From NCBI GenBank assembly GCA_963770835.1, contig CAVYRH010000026.1:288001-352000 (forward strand): a stretch of 64,000 bases of DNA. Direction: 5' to 3'. Shown piece after piece: positions 20,714 to 30,034 of this stretch. The translations under genes were made by a program, and so were the position numbers. Positions within the stretch are counted from its first letter, which is position 1; every line of letters begins with the position of its first letter. The notes beneath the pieces are model-generated. The model was not told the origin of the DNA and did not search any database. It was given only the letters and a program-made list of their open reading frames with translations. This DNA is from an uncultured Pseudomonadota bacterium (lineage in GTDB: Bacteria > Oederibacteriota > Muellerivitia > Muellerivitales > Muellerivitaceae).

Positions 20714-22117
20714 ATGATTTTGCCGGAGGCGTCCATGCATCCGGCGGGCCTTTCAGGCGCTAAAATCCTTTTTCCCCGATTAAACCGGATCAAGTCCGGT
20801 CCCCTCCCGGGATTATTCCTTCGATTGGGGCCGGGTCATTTCCGAATTTCACCGTTTGTTTGTGCCGGCCTAATGATAGTTTTTTCCTCCTCGGGTTCTT
20901 GGGCCCAGACGGTTACGGGAACGGCCAGCCTGGCGGCACCCCTGGAGAACCTTGAGGGATCGGCCCGGGACCTGGCCCTGGGCTCGGCCTTCGTGGGAGT
21001 GGCCGACGACACCTCCGCCCTTTTCTTCAACCCCGCGGGCCTTTCGGGTTTGAGAAGCCCCGATGTTGCCTTGCACCATAACAGCTACCTGGCCGGGACC
21101 TTCCAGGAAACCCTGACCGCGGGTTTCCCCACCGGGAACATGGGGGGACTGGCCTTCGCCCTGGATTACGTGAGCTGGGGGACACTCGACCTCCGGGACG
21201 CCTTCGGCGCCTCCCAGGGAAGCTTCAACGACAGCGACGTGGGGTTTACTGCGGGTTGGGGCATGGAATGGCTCCCGGGTTTTTCGGTAGGTATCGCCTT
21301 GAGGGCGCTCCAACAGAAGGTCGTGAACGACCTTTACACCAGCCTGGCCGGGAACGCCGGACTGCTTTGGTCGCCCCAAAAAAATTTCCGACTGGGGCTT
21401 TCTTACCTCAATTTCGGCACCCCCGTGGCAGGAAGCGCTTTGGCGGGTGAATTGAACGGCGGGGGATCGGCCCTTTTCCAACTCGACCCGCACATCACCC
21501 TTCTTACGGCCTTGGCCGGGTCTTGGACGCCGGGGGGAGTCGGTTCCGCCCAGGGAGGATTGGAAGGGGTACTGGACCGGCAATGGGCCTTGCGGTTGGG
21601 ATACCAGCAGCCTTTTTACGACAACCAGATCGACGGCCTCACGGGCTTCACCGCCGGCGCCGGGCTCAAGATTTCCGCGTTATCGCTGGATTACGCCTAT
21701 TTGCCTTTCGGAACCCTGGGAGCCTCCAACCGGATCAGCCTGGCCTACCAATTCGATCTGCCCAAGCAAGTGGTGAGGGTGCCCGTGCAAGTGCCGGTGA
21801 CGGTGGTACAACCCGCGTCCGCCCCGCCGGCCACGGACGCGGAAGTCCACTTTAAAATTTCCACCGACCCTTTGGCGCAAGGACAGGAACTGGAAAAAGA
21901 GGGCAAAGTAAAAGAAGCCATCGGGGTTTACGTTGAGGCGATCAAGGAAAAGCCGGACGATGACATCCTTTGGCAATCACTGGGCAACGATTATTACCGC
22001 CTGGGTGAGAAAGCCTATGCCATCCAGTGTTTTGAAAAGGTCCTCCAATTGAAGCCGGACAACCAGGCCTTAAGGGATTGGCTGGCGAAGTACAAGCAGT
22101 CGCAGGATTCAAATTAA
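20714..22117 (+). CDS. PorV/UPF0164 (FadL-like) outer-membrane beta-barrel with C-terminal TPR domain (cassette 1); true start may be downstream
   Basis: GSARDLALGSAFVGVADDTSALFFNPAGL signature. Barrel ends LDYAYLPFGTLGASNRISLAYQF, then a V/P linker and TPR helices (WQSLGNDYYRLG...AIQCFEKVLQLKPDN). Confidence 0.8.
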   Translation: MILPEASMHPAGLSGAKILFPRLNRIKSGPLPGLFLRLGPGHFRISPFVCAGLMIVFSSSGSWAQTVTGTASLAAPLENLEGSARDLALGSAFVGVADDTSALFFNPAGLSGLRSPDVALHHNSYLAGTFQETLTAGFPTGNMGGLAFALDYVSWGTLDLRDAFGASQGSFNDSDVGFTAGWGMEWLPGFSVGIALRALQQKVVNDLYTSLAGNAGLLWSPQKNFRLGLSYLNFGTPVAGSALAGELNGGGSALFQLDPHITLLTALAGSWTPGGVGSAQGGLEGVLDRQWALRLGYQQPFYDNQIDGLTGFTAGAGLKISALSLDYAYLPFGTLGASNRISLAYQFDLPKQVVRVPVQVPVTVVQPASAPPATDAEVHFKISTDPLAQGQELEKEGKVKEAIGVYVEAIKEKPDDDILWQSLGNDYYRLGEKAYAIQCFEKVLQLKPDNQALRDWLAKYKQSQDSN

Positions 22118-22130
22118 GCCGGAACAGGGG

Positions 22131-23498
22131 TTGTATATGTTTTGGAAAAGGGCGGCCCTTCTTTTTTCCTATTTCGTTTTTTGGGGATTGGGGCTCCCAA
22201 CGGACCAAGCCCTTGGCCAAACCGCCACACCCACTTCCGCGATCATCGCCTCGCTTTTCCTGGGCCAATCCTCGCCCTCCACGGCCGTGACGGGGGGACA
22301 AGCGATCGTTTATAACCTGGCCTATGGCAATACGGGTGTACCCGTGACCACCCTCGACACCTTCGAGACGGATACCGTCGGGAATATGCCTGTGGGATGG
22401 GTGACCTATGGTGGCACGACGGGAACAGTTATGTCGGCAACGGTCACTGCTGGGATCGATGGACCAACCGCTGCGGGCAATCTAGCCGTCGATGCGGTTT
22501 TTAATTACGGATGCACCCCCTATTGTGGACGATTGGACTATACTTTGCCGGGACCTGTAACCGATGGTTCCATCCAGGCCGATTTCTATTTTCCGAATGC
22601 AGGAAACGCGGCCGGACTCATGTGGCGGAACGATACCAACAACGATCAATATCAAATGACCGTTTCCCAGGGCACGAGTAACAATATCAACCTTGTAGCC
22701 CAGGACAACTCCCCTTATCAAATCCTCACCACCACCAGCGCGACCATCAATGCGGGGCAATGGTATACGGTCAAATTGGCCGTATCGGGCTTGGCTCCGG
22801 TGGCTTTGTCGGCTTACGTGAACGGAGCATTGGTGGCTTCGACGAGCACCACCATATTGTTGGGTCCGGGTTTCGCGGGCATCCAGGTCCAAGGCAACTC
22901 GACGGTGGTCTTTGACAATGTCCAGGTGGTCCAGTCGCCCGACGCGGACAGCGTCAACCTGGTGGATACCCTGCCCGCCGGCTTGGCCTATGTCTCCTCC
23001 ACCGGAAGCCCTTCGGTCAACGGGCAGGTGGTCAACTGGAACCTGGGGAGCCTGGTGGCTGGATCCTCCGCGACAGTCCAGGTCACCGCCCTGACCGATC
23101 ATTGCGGCACGACCTTGACGAACTCGGCCCAATTGGACGCGGGCGCCCCACCGGGATCGGCCACTTCCAACGCCGTAACCACTTTGGTTTCCTGCAGCCC
23201 CACGCCCACTCCTCCTGCCCCTGGCAATCAGCCCTACGTCTACTCCAACCCCTCCAGCGGGCCCACGGTCCGCTTCGTCTATAACATGGCGGAAAGCGGA
23301 GAGGCGAATATCCGGGTTTGGAACGCTTCCGGAATCCTGGCCGCCAGCCTGGGGGAACAAAAGACTTCGGGGATCCAGCAAAGCGTCCTTAATATTCAAT
23401 CCTTCGCCCCGGGGCATTATTTTTACCAGATAGACCTGAAATACGACTCCGGAAGGGAAGACCGGTTTAAACCCGAAGTCCTGGCGGTCGAGAAGTAG
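22131..23498 (+). CDS. Secreted non-catalytic protein: DUF11-like domain interrupted by a concanavalin/lectin-like domain, plus variant CTD
   Basis: Signal peptide. IVYNLAYGNTG ... VDTLPAGLAYVSS...VNWNLGSL (DUF11-like). Insert has GQWYTVKL, AYVNG and VFDNVQV. CTD YSNP...FAPGHYFY...VLAVEK. Confidence 0.7.
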   Translation: MYMFWKRAALLFSYFVFWGLGLPTDQALGQTATPTSAIIASLFLGQSSPSTAVTGGQAIVYNLAYGNTGVPVTTLDTFETDTVGNMPVGWVTYGGTTGTVMSATVTAGIDGPTAAGNLAVDAVFNYGCTPYCGRLDYTLPGPVTDGSIQADFYFPNAGNAAGLMWRNDTNNDQYQMTVSQGTSNNINLVAQDNSPYQILTTTSATINAGQWYTVKLAVSGLAPVALSAYVNGALVASTSTTILLGPGFAGIQVQGNSTVVFDNVQVVQSPDADSVNLVDTLPAGLAYVSSTGSPSVNGQVVNWNLGSLVAGSSATVQVTALTDHCGTTLTNSAQLDAGAPPGSATSNAVTTLVSCSPTPTPPAPGNQPYVYSNPSSGPTVRFVYNMAESGEANIRVWNASGILAASLGEQKTSGIQQSVLNIQSFAPGHYFYQIDLKYDSGREDRFKPEVLAVEK

Positions 23499-23667
23499 GT
23501 TTTTCCAACTTTTCCTGCCTGTTTAAACGGTAAATTCGAAAAATATCAGGAAAATTTTAAAAACGGGGAATAAAAACAGCCTGGTTGGAATCCAAGGTAT
23601 GAGAAAGCCTATCCTTTCCCAGCTTTGACAAGCGGGGATTCTAAAATTCAACTGACGGCGGCGGAAA

Positions 23668-26600
23668 TTGAAATTTCCTGTTTGTTCCCATAAAAACAGT
23701 TTCACCCACCTATCCCCGAAATTAGCGGGATACGCCCGGCTTATCGGGTTCACGTTCCTTCTCCCGCTTTTGTTGCCCTCTCTTTCCCAAGCCAATGTCC
23801 CAGGCGGCGGCACCGGCACCGGGGCTAATGTTACCGTTACGGATAACGGCGGGACCGTGGTCCTGGCGAACGGCATCGTCTCCTTCACCATCAACAAGAG
23901 CAACGGGAACGTCACCAACTTCACCTACAACGGAACGAACCTGCTTTCGGGCGGGAACGGCGGCGGCTACTTTTATTTTGACGGTTCCGGCGGGCCCACC
24001 CTGGCCAACCCCACCTATACCCTGACCGTCAACCCCGCCAACAACGGCGGCAACCAGGCGGAAGTCTGGCTGCAAACGACCGCCAGCCCCATGGACATGG
24101 CCGTCTATTACGACCTCTTGCGCGGGCAGCAGGGCATCTACGATACGATGATTCTCACCCACGAGGCCAGCTACGTCGACTACCCCGGCGCCGAACTGCG
24201 TACCAACATGTACGTGGGTTCCATCTTCGACTGGCTGGCCGTGGACCCCTACCGTTTCCGGCAAATGGCTCCTCCTAGTACTGCAGTTACGACTGTTGCC
24301 GGGCGCGCCCCCGGAAGTGATGCAATATACCGCTGGAATTTATAACGGACTTACGAATTGCAAGTATTCCTATAGCGCCCCTCTCGGGAAAGTCAACACA
24401 TGGGGCTGGGCCTCCTCGACCACCAATTACGGCGTCTGGCAGACGCTGCCCAGCCACGAGTTTGAAGACGGCGGGCCCATGCACCGGGAACTCACCGAGC
24501 ACATCGGCAACACATTGCTGGACATGTTCGGAGGCGGGCACTATGGGTTCGGCCTCACTCAAGACCAGCCCGCCGGTACCTTCTCGTCCAAGACCTTTGG
24601 CCCGGCTTTCATTTACGCCAACCAATACACTGGTTCCTCCAGCGATCCCGTTTCCCTGAAGGCCCGGGTTCTTTGGGCCGACGCGCAGGCGCAGGCCGCC
24701 GCCGAACAGGGCGCCTGGCCCTACACTTGGTTCAATCCCCAGCCCGTGGCTGGCGGAACCGGCTCCCCCTATCCCCAGGCGTCCGGCCGCGGCACGGTGA
24801 GCGGTACCCTTGCCATCAATGATCCCTATAACCCGGGAACCTCACCCGTGAGTCTTTGGATCGGGCTGGCGCCGGTCGACGGTGGGGTGGATTTCCAGCA
24901 GCAGTACCTGACCTGCCAATTCTGGGTCAAGACGGGATCGGGCGGCAGTTTCACCATCCCCAACGTTTTACCCGGCACCTATAACCTTTGGGCTTTCGGC
25001 CCCGGCGTGGTCGGTACCTTTGAACAGGCCAACGTCACCGTGACCGCAGGCCAGTCCTTGAGCCTGGGAACCTTGACCTGGTCACCCCTTCGCCTGGGGC
25101 CCACGGTGTGGGAAATCGGCACTCCGGATCGCGATTCAAACGAATTCAACAACGGGGAACATCAATCGACACCCTATAGCGGCATCCTGCCGGCCTACGC
25201 GGGCGGCCCCCCTTACGACGTTCCGGCGACCTGGGGCGCGTTCATGGCCTATCCGACCCAGTACCCCAACGGGGTCAGCTTCGTGGTGGGGACCAGCAAC
25301 CCTGGAACCGACTGGAACTATTGCCAGCCCACTGTGCCCTCTGGGACCACCTACGCCGGGTCGACATCCAAGATCTTTTTCAATTTGGCGTCGGCTCCCA
25401 CGGCGTCCCAAACCGCCCGGCTTTATATCGCCTTCGCGTCCGCCTTCAGCTCGGCTTGCATCCTGACGATCAACGGCACCGTCCAAACCGCTTCGGTCAT
25501 GGGCTCCACGGACGGCAACTACGCCACGATCACCAACGCGACCACTGGCTTCTACCCGCCAAACGTCAGTTTCGACTCCATCCTCCGCCTGGGTTCGCAG
25601 GGGGACTGGGGTGACGCCTACCTGGATTTCGCGGGAACAAGCTGAAGGCGGGCACGAACGAGATCGACATCGGCCTGCGGCCGACCGGCGGCGCCAGCCT
25701 CGGCGAAGGTTTCGAATACGATTACGTACGCATGGAATTGACGGGGTTCGCGACTCCCACACCCACGCCGGGAGGAAGCAATCCCACGAACACTCCTACG
25801 CCCGTACCGCCAACTTCCACCGCCACTTCTACGGCTACTCGCACGCCGACCGCCACGGCTTCCAATACCGCCACCGCGACCCGGACGAACACCCCGACCT
25901 TGACCGCCAGCTCCACGGCCACTTCAACCGTGACCGCCACCAAAACGAATACGCCGGTGCCCCCAACTTCGACCTTCACGGTAACTTCGACGGTTACTTC
26001 GTCCTCTACGAATACGCCGGTGCCGCCAACCGCGACTTTCACGATGACTTCAACGGCTACTTCAACCCACACCAATACGCCGGTACCACCAACGGCAACC
26101 CCTACGAATAGCCCGGTGCTCCCGACCGCGACGAATACCAACAGTCTTTTACCGACTTCGACCAACACTCCGGTACCGCCGACGGCCACGAACACAAACA
26201 GCCCGGTGCCGCCTACCGCCACTCCTACCAATACACCTGTGCCCCCGACCCCCACGCCGACGAATACTCCAGTGCCGCTTACTGCCACGAATACCCCCGC
26301 GCCGCCCACGCCTACCAACACGCCCGTTCCGCCAACGGTTACCAACACACCTGTGCCTCCAACCTCAACGAATACTCCGGTGCCATCGGCCACCAACACG
26401 CCGGTATCCTCAACCGCTACCCCGACCAATAGCCCGGTGCCACCCACGCCGACGTTTACGCCGACAAGCACGACCACATCGTCGGCCACGTTGACGGCCA
26501 CCAATACCTCGGTACCGCCGACGGCGACCTTTACTCACACGCCTGTTCCCCCGACCTCAACGGCCACGAATACGTTGACGGCTACGCCGTCAAGTACGCC

Positions 26601-27637
26601 GATCAACACGGCTTCGTCGACGGCTACGCGCACTCCCGTGCCTCCCACTTTCACCTCAACGCCTGTTCCGCCTACAGCAACCGCCACCCGGACGCCCACG
26701 CCGGTTCCCCCGACTTCCACCTTCACGCCGGTGCCGCCAACGTCCACCGATACTCCCGTTGCGCCGACTCCGACTTCCACCACCGCGACCTCGAGCACCA
26801 GCCTGGAAGTGCAATTGTTAAGCGGGGTGACCAGCGACACCACCAACAGCCCCCATCCCCAAATCCAAGTGGTCAATACGGGAACCGGGCCGCTGAACTT
26901 GAACGGGGTCACGGTGAAATATTGGTTTAACTGCGACTGCACCAACCAAACCGTCCAGGCCTGGGTGGATTGGGCGGGGCTGATCCCCGCCGGGACCACC
27001 GAAACGGGGAACGTGCAGGCGTCGGTCACAATCCACCACCTTGGGGGGCCAGACCAACTACATCCTCTATACCTTCACGGGGAACCTGGTTCTCCAGCCC
27101 GGCCAGGCCATCCAGATCCAGAGCCGGTTCAACAAGAGCGACTGGAGCAACATGACCCAGTCCAACGACTGGAGCTTCGCGCCTTATACCAGCTTCACGA
27201 ACGCACTGCAGGTGACGGGCTACCTGGGCGGGAGCTTGGTGTGGGGGCAAGAGCCGGTGGCGGCTCCGGCGGCCTTGACGGTATCCAGCGCGCTGGCCTT
27301 CCCGAATCCCTCGACAGGCAACGGGGCAACCCTTTCCTTCAACTTAAATGGAACCCAAACGGGCGCGGCGGGTTCCCTGTTGGACGCCAATCATCCCCTT
27401 CTGCTGGACCCGAATGCCAAGGTCACCCTGGGCATCTATTCGCTAGCCATGCGCCTCATCTGGACGCAGACGCTAACCGGCGGGGCTTATGGCACCACGG
27501 GGAACCATGAACTCTACTGGAATGAAAAAGACTTAAAAGGCACCGGATTGGCGAACGGCCTCTACCTGCTGCGGGTGAGCGTGGAATCCCACAGTCAAAA
27601 GTCCTCCGCTATCACCAAGATCCTCATCCTTCAATAA
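23668..27637 (+). CDS. PL4 rhamnogalacturonan lyase-like protein + T/P stalk + CBM3 + CTD, split by three single-base frameshifts (~24302, ~25635, ~27028)
   Basis: [25 protein letters not shown]....[39 protein letters not shown] and, after the shift, LKAGTNEI...[11 protein letters not shown]3 and CTD follow in the last two frames. Confidence 0.75.
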
Positions 27638-27679
27638 CACAACAAGGCCACCCCAGATGGGTTCCAACAGGGGGCACCA

Positions 27680-29842
27680 ATGAAAAACTTAAAAGCACTT
27701 GCCGGGGCCCTCCTCTTAGTGGGGCTCTTAATCCCGGTTTCCTGCGTGCGCCCCATCGGCGTCTCGCCGACCCATCCCTACTTAAGGCCAACGGAGACTC
27801 CCACGCCCACCGACACGCCTTCCGCCTCTCCCACGGCAAGTTCCTCCGCCGTTCCCGGTTCCACGGCCACTTTCTCTCCCACCGGAACGCCGACACCCTC
27901 CATTACGATGACCCCGACCTTAACCGCCACAGGCACCCCAACCCATACGCCCCCGCCTTCGCCTACCGATAGCTTTACGGTCATCTTTTCCTCGACGTCC
28001 TCCGCCACAGCTTTGCCCACCGTTTCCTTCACCGAAACTCCATCCGAAACGGCATCCCTGACTCCCACCCATACGCCGACGGTAACGCCGCAAAACACGG
28101 CTACCGCGACGCCGGTTTCCACTTTCACTCACACACCAACCAACACAACGACTTCGACCCCTTCCGCAACCGATACCCTGGAAAACACCCCTACTTTCTC
28201 CTCTAGTGCGACTCCGTCGTCCACTCCCACGCCGCCTTCCACCGCCACCCCCACGAATAGCCCCGTTCCCCCCACATTGACCCCGACTAATAGCCCCGTG
28301 CCACCCACGCCCAGCGAGACTCCATCGTCCACACCGGTTCCACCCACGCCGACGTTGACGCCGACCCTTACCGCAAACAGGACACCGACTTCAACCTCTC
28401 CGCCAACGGCTTCCGCGACAAACACAGGGACTTCCACGGAAACCTCGACCGCGAGCAAGACGCCCAGCCCGACTCCCTCCAATACACCAGTGCCCACTGT
28501 AACCCCGTCTTCCACTGATACCAGAACCCCCACCTCCTCCGCTTCGCGCACACCGACCGGCACGGCCACTGGGACCGCCTCTGCGACGTTCTCCGCGACG
28601 GGAACGGCGACATCGACGGCAACTGGGACTCCCTCCAAAACGGTGACCCCGACATCCACCCCGACTTCTACAGCTAGCCCCACTGCCACGGCTTCCCCCA
28701 GCCGCACCCCAACCTCAACGGCGACAGCAACAGCTTCATCAACCCATACAACGATTCTCCCGACTGCCACATTCACCGCCGCAGTTCCACCGACCGCCAC
28801 GCCCACCCCGGCACCTCCCCCCAACGGGCTTTTAGACGGCTGGGATATTTCCCTCCTCCCCACCATGCTCAGCCAGGGTGTTGTTTATAAAAACCCCGCC
28901 GCGGAAAACCTCCTTCAGATCGCCACCGACCACGGCTACAGCATCATGCGGGTAAGGCTATGGGTGAACCCCAACGGCACCCAGGTTTACGTCAATAACC
29001 TGGCCTACGACACGGCCCTGGGCGCGCAGATCAAGGCGGCAGGACTGAAGTTCTACCTGGACATCCATTATTCGGACACCTGGGCGGACCCCGGGCACCA
29101 AACCATGCCCGCCGCCTGGGCCGGGATCACCACCCAAGCCGCGCTGGCCCAGCAAGTGCATGACTACACCCAGAACGTCATCACCAGCCTGGCCGCGGGT
29201 GGCGCCATGCCCGACTACGTGGCAGTGGGCAACGAGATTACCGACGGCCTTTTATGGCCCGCCACCACGGGAGGGCCGGGCGGGCGGATCTCGGTCAACG
29301 GTTGGGCTAATTACGCGACCCTGATGAAGGCGGGAATCCAGGGCATCGATGACGGGGCGGTTTCGGCGGGAGCGCCCACGCCCAAGATCGTCATCCATAT
29401 CGACCGGGGCGGCGACTGGTCCACCACCCAATGGTATTTCACCAACGTCAACTCGCAGGGAATCAGCTTCGACGTCATCGGGGAAAGCTACTATCCCCAG
29501 TACCACGGGCCCCTCACCAACGCCCAAACCTGCCTGACCAACGCCGCCAACAGCTTCGGCAAACTGGTCTACGTGGCGGAGACAGGCTATCCGAACGGCA
29601 TCGGGCAAGCGGGAGTGACCGGTACGGGGATGACCTACCCGGAAACCCCTGCGGGGCAGGCGCAGTTCCTCACCGACCTAGTTACAACGGTCCAGGGCGT
29701 TCCGAACAAACTAGGCATGGGCATCAATTATTGGGAGCCGGAGTGGCTGCAATCAGTGGCCGGATACCCGGCCTGGGGGGAACCGCTCTTTGACAGCGGG
29801 GGAGTGACCCTGGCGGGCGTAGCCGCCTTGGGGGGGAAGTAG
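27680..29842 (+). CDS. Lipoprotein GH53 endo-beta-1,4-galactanase on an N-terminal T/P stalk (no CTD)
   Basis: Lipoprotein-like signal LLIPVS|C and ~360-aa T/P stalk. GH53 motifs GWDIS, RVRLWVNP, DIHYSDTWADPGHQ, VGNEI, VAETGYP, YWEP. Confidence 0.88.
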   Translation: MKNLKALAGALLLVGLLIPVSCVRPIGVSPTHPYLRPTETPTPTDTPSASPTASSSAVPGSTATFSPTGTPTPSITMTPTLTATGTPTHTPPPSPTDSFTVIFSSTSSATALPTVSFTETPSETASLTPTHTPTVTPQNTATATPVSTFTHTPTNTTTSTPSATDTLENTPTFSSSATPSSTPTPPSTATPTNSPVPPTLTPTNSPVPPTPSETPSSTPVPPTPTLTPTLTANRTPTSTSPPTASATNTGTSTETSTASKTPSPTPSNTPVPTVTPSSTDTRTPTSSASRTPTGTATGTASATFSATGTATSTATGTPSKTVTPTSTPTSTASPTATASPSRTPTSTATATASSTHTTILPTATFTAAVPPTATPTPAPPPNGLLDGWDISLLPTMLSQGVVYKNPAAENLLQIATDHGYSIMRVRLWVNPNGTQVYVNNLAYDTALGAQIKAAGLKFYLDIHYSDTWADPGHQTMPAAWAGITTQAALAQQVHDYTQNVITSLAAGGAMPDYVAVGNEITDGLLWPATTGGPGGRISVNGWANYATLMKAGIQGIDDGAVSAGAPTPKIVIHIDRGGDWSTTQWYFTNVNSQGISFDVIGESYYPQYHGPLTNAQTCLTNAANSFGKLVYVAETGYPNGIGQAGVTGTGMTYPETPAGQAQFLTDLVTTVQGVPNKLGMGINYWEPEWLQSVAGYPAWGEPLFDSGGVTLAGVAALGGK

Positions 29843-30034
29843 CACGGTTCTTACCACAACTCACAAGGTCTCAAATGAAAACAGACCTCAGCTCAACGAA
29901 ACAAATCTGAAATTGTTTAATTTTCTTCTGCATTGAAGTTGTCCGAATTGTGGAATAAAACACCCTCTACCCGACTCTCAGTCAACAGGGATATCCGTGT
30001 CAATCCGTTTTGAAGAACGGAATTGGGTGAAAAA

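Noticed and set aside
20714..22117. FadL fatty-acid transporter or SusC-type PUL transporter
   Set aside because: Too short for a TonB-dependent receptor and no SusD. The TPR tail and CTD-protein context favour PorV/UPF0164, though FadL-like transport cannot be fully excluded.
25745..26800. Repetitive DNA as a possible CRISPR array
   Set aside because: Repeats are in-frame coding units with synonymous variation. No fixed repeat-spacer pattern and no cas genes.
24290..27040. Programmed ribosomal frameshifting in the PL4 gene
   Set aside because: Three shifts in mixed directions without slippery heptamers. Error or decay is simpler.
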